From: an uncultured Nitrospiraceae bacterium
GTDB taxonomy: Bacteria; Nitrospirota; Thermodesulfovibrionia; Thermodesulfovibrionales; Dissulfurispiraceae
Direction: 5' to 3'
Assembly: GCA_963705105.1 (NCBI GenBank)
Contig: CAVPIW010000006.1
Coordinates: forward strand, 928,001-992,000
DNA length: 64,000 bases
Both the position numbers and the translations under genes were made by a program. Of this stretch, positions 59,890 to 64,000 are shown piece by piece. Within the stretch, counting starts at the first letter, position 1. Every line of letters starts with the position of its first letter. The notes under the pieces are model-generated. The model was given only the letters and a program-made list of their open reading frames with translations. It made no database searches and was not told where the DNA came from.

Positions 59890-60894
59890 ATGCTGAAACC
59901 GTTTTCCTATATCAAAGCCTCATCGCTTGAGGAGGCTGTCCGGCAGCTCTCCTCGCCCGGCGCCGTCCTCCATGCCGGGGGAACGGACCTGCTCGGGTGC
60001 CTCCGGGACCACGTGTTCGATGCCGGGAAGGTCGTGAGCATCAGCGGGCTCAGTCATCTCCGGGGGATTTCGGAGAAGGCGGGCAAGGGGATCACCATCG
60101 GGTCGATGACGACCATCAGCGATATCGCCCGTCACGGCGTCATCAGGGACAAGTACACGGCCCTGTCCCAGGCCGCCTCGGAGGTGGCGAGTCCCCAGCT
60201 CCGCAATCAGGGGACCATCGGGGGCAACCTCTGCCAGAAACCACGGTGCTGGTACTACCGGGGGGATTTCCACTGCCTGCGGAAAGGCGGTGAACAGTGT
60301 TTCGCCGTCGCCGGGGAAAACCACTACCACTGCATCTTCGGCGGCGCGGGCTGCGTCATCGTCCATCCCTCCGATACGGCACCTGCCCTCGCGGCCCTCA
60401 ACGCGTCGATCCATATCGAAGGGCAGAAGGGAAAACGCTCCCTACCGGTCACGGAATTTTTCGTCCCACCCTCGCGGGACCCGCGGAGGGAGACAGTGCT
60501 CGAACCGGGCGAGGTCGTGACATCGGTCACTCTTCCTGAACCGCGGAAGGGCCTGAGAAGCTCCTACCGCAAGGTCAAGGCCAGAGGGGCCTGGGACTTC
60601 GCCATGGCCGGAGTGGCCCTTGCGCTCCTTTTCGAAGGAGACCGCGTGCAGGAAGCGCGGGTGGTTCTGAGCGGCGCGGCGCCCGTGCCGTGGCGGTCGG
60701 GGGCCGCAGAAGAAGCACTGACGGGCAGGCGTCTCGACGCGGAGACGATAGGGCGGGCTTCGGAAGCCCTGGTCAAAGGGGCTCAACCGCTGAGATACAA
60801 CGGGTACAAGATCTCCCTCTTCCGGGGCATCATTGAGGAAGAGCTGAAAAGACTGGGCGGAAACCTGAAAGATCCGTCAGGAGGTGCACGTTGA
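59890..60894 (+). CDS. XDH-family FAD-binding subunit with Cys-rich insert (PaoB/YagS-like)
   Basis: AGGTDL, ASPQLRNQGTIGGNLCQKPRCWYYR..C..KGG..C, HPSD. Confidence 0.93.
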   Translation: MLKPFSYIKASSLEEAVRQLSSPGAVLHAGGTDLLGCLRDHVFDAGKVVSISGLSHLRGISEKAGKGITIGSMTTISDIARHGVIRDKYTALSQAASEVASPQLRNQGTIGGNLCQKPRCWYYRGDFHCLRKGGEQCFAVAGENHYHCIFGGAGCVIVHPSDTAPALAALNASIHIEGQKGKRSLPVTEFFVPPSRDPRRETVLEPGEVVTSVTLPEPRKGLRSSYRKVKARGAWDFAMAGVALALLFEGDRVQEARVVLSGAAPVPWRSGAAEEALTGRRLDAETIGRASEALVKGAQPLRYNGYKISLFRGIIEEELKRLGGNLKDPSGGAR

Positions 60895-61838
60895 ACACAG
60901 ATCGATCGAAATCGTCGGCTCCTTATCAGAACCCCGCAATCCTTCTCTGCACCCTGTTCTGCATGGTGATTGCTGCTGCGGTCCTGCTGGAAGGGTTCAG
61001 TGCCTTCCGTGAGGCCCTGGCTGAAGATGCAATGGGCGGGACCGCAAAGGGATCACTCACAGTCAACGGAAAGAGCGTCCCCCTGAGCCATGCGTACGCG
61101 ATGGCCCAGCCGAACACCTTCGAAAAGAGCAAAACCGACATCGCCGTCCTCCTCACCGAGAAGCCCCTGCCCGAGGGGGCCCTCAAAGACGTGGAGGAGA
61201 TCGAGGACGCACTGCCGAAACAGCAGGCCTACGCCCTTTTCAGGATGGATGAATCGGGCAAACTGACCTACGAGCTGATCAGTCACCCCTCCCTCGGCAA
61301 GAACCGCCTCATGATGTCGGACATCGCCACAAAGGCCCGTTTCACTGCCAGGGTCTTCGGCAAGGACCGCGTCGAAGGTTCCGTTGAGACGTTGAAGACG
61401 GAGGAAATTTTTGAACACACATACGCGATCAAGGCGACGTTCAGCACCCCGGTGCTTCGGGCGAAGGTGCCCGAGCCACTGCCTGACGCGAAGACGGGCA
61501 AGCCCTTGCCGGCCGGCGGCGGCGAACCCGGCAAGGCCTATCTTGCGTTCGTCAAGGCTCTTCATGCGAGAGATCTCGCAGCCGTGCGCAGCATGGCGCC
61601 CCGGGATCAGGCGGACATGTCCGATGAGGAACTGAAGGAAGCCCTTGAGTTCTTTGCCTCTATCACTCCGGCAGACACCAGGATCACGCGGGGATATATC
61701 AAGGACGACCGCGCGGCGCTGTATGCCATAGGGACCATCGAAAAGGAGAAGCAGTTCGCAACAATCGAGATGAAAAAGACGGGTGGACAGTGGCGGCCTC
61801 TCAAGACCAACTGGAGCGACTCGCCTCCGCCGGAGTAA
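60891..61838 (+). CDS. Hypothetical exported or membrane-anchored protein
   Basis: GGAGGTG RBS before TTG, overlaps the upstream stop, N-terminal hydrophobic segment. Confidence 0.7.
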   Translation: MNTDRSKSSAPYQNPAILLCTLFCMVIAAAVLLEGFSAFREALAEDAMGGTAKGSLTVNGKSVPLSHAYAMAQPNTFEKSKTDIAVLLTEKPLPEGALKDVEEIEDALPKQQAYALFRMDESGKLTYELISHPSLGKNRLMMSDIATKARFTARVFGKDRVEGSVETLKTEEIFEHTYAIKATFSTPVLRAKVPEPLPDAKTGKPLPAGGGEPGKAYLAFVKALHARDLAAVRSMAPRDQADMSDEELKEALEFFASITPADTRITRGYIKDDRAALYAIGTIEKEKQFATIEMKKTGGQWRPLKTNWSDSPPPE

Positions 61839-61943
61839 GGGAACGGACCGGCAGATACTCCTTGATTTTGAATGTCCTCTGCTTACATACTGAAAGATGG
61901 TGTGTGTCTTTTTGAAGCGCTATGAAATGCCGGTACTGAGGAC

Positions 61944-62492
61944 ATGAACGGACCCGACGATCGCAAATACCGCTTTTCCTGGGATTTGCTCGGCAACATC
62001 GCACTGGGACGGCCGAACCTCGGGTCCACGACCCGTGTTGAGGTCTACCGGCTCATGCAGTTCTGCTTTCGCGACGTCATGGAGCAGCATTTCGGGTCCG
62101 CGAAGGCGGACGAGATCTTCCATGAGGCCGGCAAGCTGGCCGGAAGGGAATTCTATTATCGCTTCTTTTCCGGCATCAGCGATTTCAGTGAATTCATCCG
62201 TGAACTCCAGCGGGTGCTGCGGGAAATGGGGATCGGCATCCTGCGGATCGAAAAGGCCGATCCTGAAAAGGGCTCCTTCGTACTGACCGTCTCTGAGGAC
62301 CTCGACTGCTCGGGACTTCCGGAGAAGGACAGCGAAATCTGCACCTATGATGAAGGGTTCATTGCTGCCCTTTTGGAGGGTTTCGCAGGCATCCCTTTCA
62401 AGGTAAGAGAAATCGATTGCTGGTGCACCGGCGACCGCACCTGCCGTTTCACTGCAGACAGGATCACACAAGGGAACACATCCGATGGATGA
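61944..62492 (+). CDS. V4R-domain protein
   Basis: GRPNLG..VYRLMQF, GIGILRIE, EDLDCSGLP, CTYDEGFIA, EIDCWCTGDRTCRF. Confidence 0.88.
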   Translation: MNGPDDRKYRFSWDLLGNIALGRPNLGSTTRVEVYRLMQFCFRDVMEQHFGSAKADEIFHEAGKLAGREFYYRFFSGISDFSEFIRELQRVLREMGIGILRIEKADPEKGSFVLTVSEDLDCSGLPEKDSEICTYDEGFIAALLEGFAGIPFKVREIDCWCTGDRTCRFTADRITQGNTSDG

Positions 62493-63426
62493 AGGTCCCT
62501 CCGGGGGAGAAAAGAGCCGGGAGATCATGCTCGATGTTCTCGGGCAGGTGATCTACAGTCCCGATCTTCCCGGATCGATACCGGAGGAACTCTCGGGTGA
62601 CAGTAATTTCATCCGCATATACACCACCCTTCTTGAACTGAGGAAATTCTGCCTCAGCATGGCTAGGGGCGATCTGTCACCGGTGCTGACGGAGCGCGGC
62701 TTCCTCGCCGGAACCCTCAAGACCCTTCAGGCCAACCTGAGAAACCTCACCTGGCAGGCACAGATGATCGCCTCGGGCGATCTCAGCCAGCGCGTCGACT
62801 TTATGGGCGAATTCTCCGACGCCTTCAACGCCATGATCGAGAAACTGCAGGAAATCGAGAGAGAACGAAGCAGGATCATGGAAGACATGACGCACCTTGC
62901 GATCACGGACCCCCTGACCGAGCTGTACAACAGGCGTCATTTCCTGATGCTTGCCCGCAAGGAGATGGCCCGGAGCATCCGGTTCAGCCACCCCCTCTCC
63001 GTCGTCATGATGGACATCGATTTCTTCAAGCATGTCAATGACACGTATGGCCACATCGCCGGAGACCGTGTCCTGAATTCCATTGCCGAGATGAGCAGAA
63101 AAAGTCTTAGGGACTCGGACGCCGCAGGCCGCTATGGCGGGGAGGAGCTGATCTTCATGCTCCCTGAGACGGGACCGGAGCAGGCATTGCGGTTTGCAGA
63201 ACGGCTGAGGAAATCCATTGAGACCCTGAGCTGCTCAAGCGATGACCATGAGATATCCGTCACGGTGAGCCTCGGCGTCGCATCGCTGAGCCCCGTGCGT
63301 CACAGCTCCCTGACGAAGGACGATGTGGAGACGATCATCCATGAGGCGGACATCGCCCTGTACCGGGCAAAGGAAGCGGGAAGAAACCGCGTCATGATCT
63401 ACGGCAGTGAAGAATCCGCCATTTGA
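62485..63426 (+). CDS. Diguanylate cyclase with HAMP-like linker
   Basis: GDLSQRVDFMGEFSDAFNAM, DPLTELYNRR, DIDFFK.VND.YGH, RYGGEEL. Confidence 0.92.
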   Translation: MDEGPSGGEKSREIMLDVLGQVIYSPDLPGSIPEELSGDSNFIRIYTTLLELRKFCLSMARGDLSPVLTERGFLAGTLKTLQANLRNLTWQAQMIASGDLSQRVDFMGEFSDAFNAMIEKLQEIERERSRIMEDMTHLAITDPLTELYNRRHFLMLARKEMARSIRFSHPLSVVMMDIDFFKHVNDTYGHIAGDRVLNSIAEMSRKSLRDSDAAGRYGGEELIFMLPETGPEQALRFAERLRKSIETLSCSSDDHEISVTVSLGVASLSPVRHSSLTKDDVETIIHEADIALYRAKEAGRNRVMIYGSEESAI

Positions 63427-63504
63427 GACCCCCATTTTTTTGTATAATACCCGCACCGCACCTCGGAGGAGGAGTGGAGGTCTGATGCGGACAGAGGAGA
63501 GAGC

Positions 63505-63969
63505 ATGCTGAAAGCCAGGGATATCATGACGACCGATGTCATTACAGTCGGAACGGACACGACGGTCACCGATCTTGCCCGCATCCTCACGGAGCACCGC
63601 ATCAGCGGTGCGCCCGTCGTGAACGACGAAGGGCGCCTGATCGGCATCGTCACAGAGAACGACCTGATACGCCGCAACCGGCGCTTCCACATTCCGACGG
63701 TGCTGCGGATACTGGACGGGTTCATTCCCCTCGAAACGGAGGGCATGGTCGAAAAGGAAATACGGGAACTGACCGCATCGACAGTCGGCGAGATCTGCGC
63801 GAGGGACGTCGTGACCGTCGGTGAGGACGCGACCGTTGAAGACCTCGCCACGATCATGGCCGAAAAGAAGGTCCACCTGATTCCCGTCGTCAAAGGGGAC
63901 AAGATCACGGGCATAATCGGGAAGATGGACCTCGTCCGGTCGATGGCGGGTCGCAGCGATCAGGCATAG
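63505..63969 (+). CDS. CBS-domain protein
   Basis: ARDIMT..VITV, ISGAPVV..GRLIGIVTE.DL, IPVV...ITGII. Confidence 0.9.
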   Translation: MLKARDIMTTDVITVGTDTTVTDLARILTEHRISGAPVVNDEGRLIGIVTENDLIRRNRRFHIPTVLRILDGFIPLETEGMVEKEIRELTASTVGEICARDVVTVGEDATVEDLATIMAEKKVHLIPVVKGDKITGIIGKMDLVRSMAGRSDQA

Positions 63970-64000
63970 CCGGGTCAGTGGGTGAATTTGAGCGGCCGTT

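Overview
Bacterial chromosomal window. The gene content and order suggest an anaerobic Nitrospirota- or deltaproteobacteria-like organism, which is an inference only. Two housekeeping blocks are present: rplM-rpsI-argC..argJ, moeA-pepA-pth-rplY-prs-tRNA-Gln-ispE-TPR (1-20 kb), and gcvH-lpdA-eno-ftsB-GH57, a DASS transporter, acetolactate synthase, ppsR, a SagB-like nitroreductase, a lipocalin, a Tat-exported XDH-family molybdoenzyme operon and V4R-GGDEF (41-64 kb). They flank a roughly 21-kb mosaic accessory region (about 20.4-41.2 kb). That region holds an efflux cluster, integrase-less attC sites hit by two group II intron 5' fragments, TA pairs, an IS3 scar, a RAYT-type HUH transposase inside perfect 24-bp inverted repeats, an alkyl sulfatase, an exported TldD/TldE-like pair and an orphan RHS toxin/immunity module. 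Two things stand out. (1) An unannotated 20-aa Cys-rich peptide gene (MVIRKVSKKVSTTCKCKSSC, 18476-18538, minus strand) has its own promoter, strong RBS and terminator and lies directly downstream of an RRE-like/radical SAM/SPASM enzyme, making a candidate new RiPP system. (2) A modular intergenic repeat family (about 10 copies) has terminal inverted repeats, AGTCATT and CACTGA microrepeats and an optional 168-bp inner hairpin module. An intact IS1634 with target duplication and several probable frameshifts are also visible. Protein family calls come from motif recognition by eye, not database searches.
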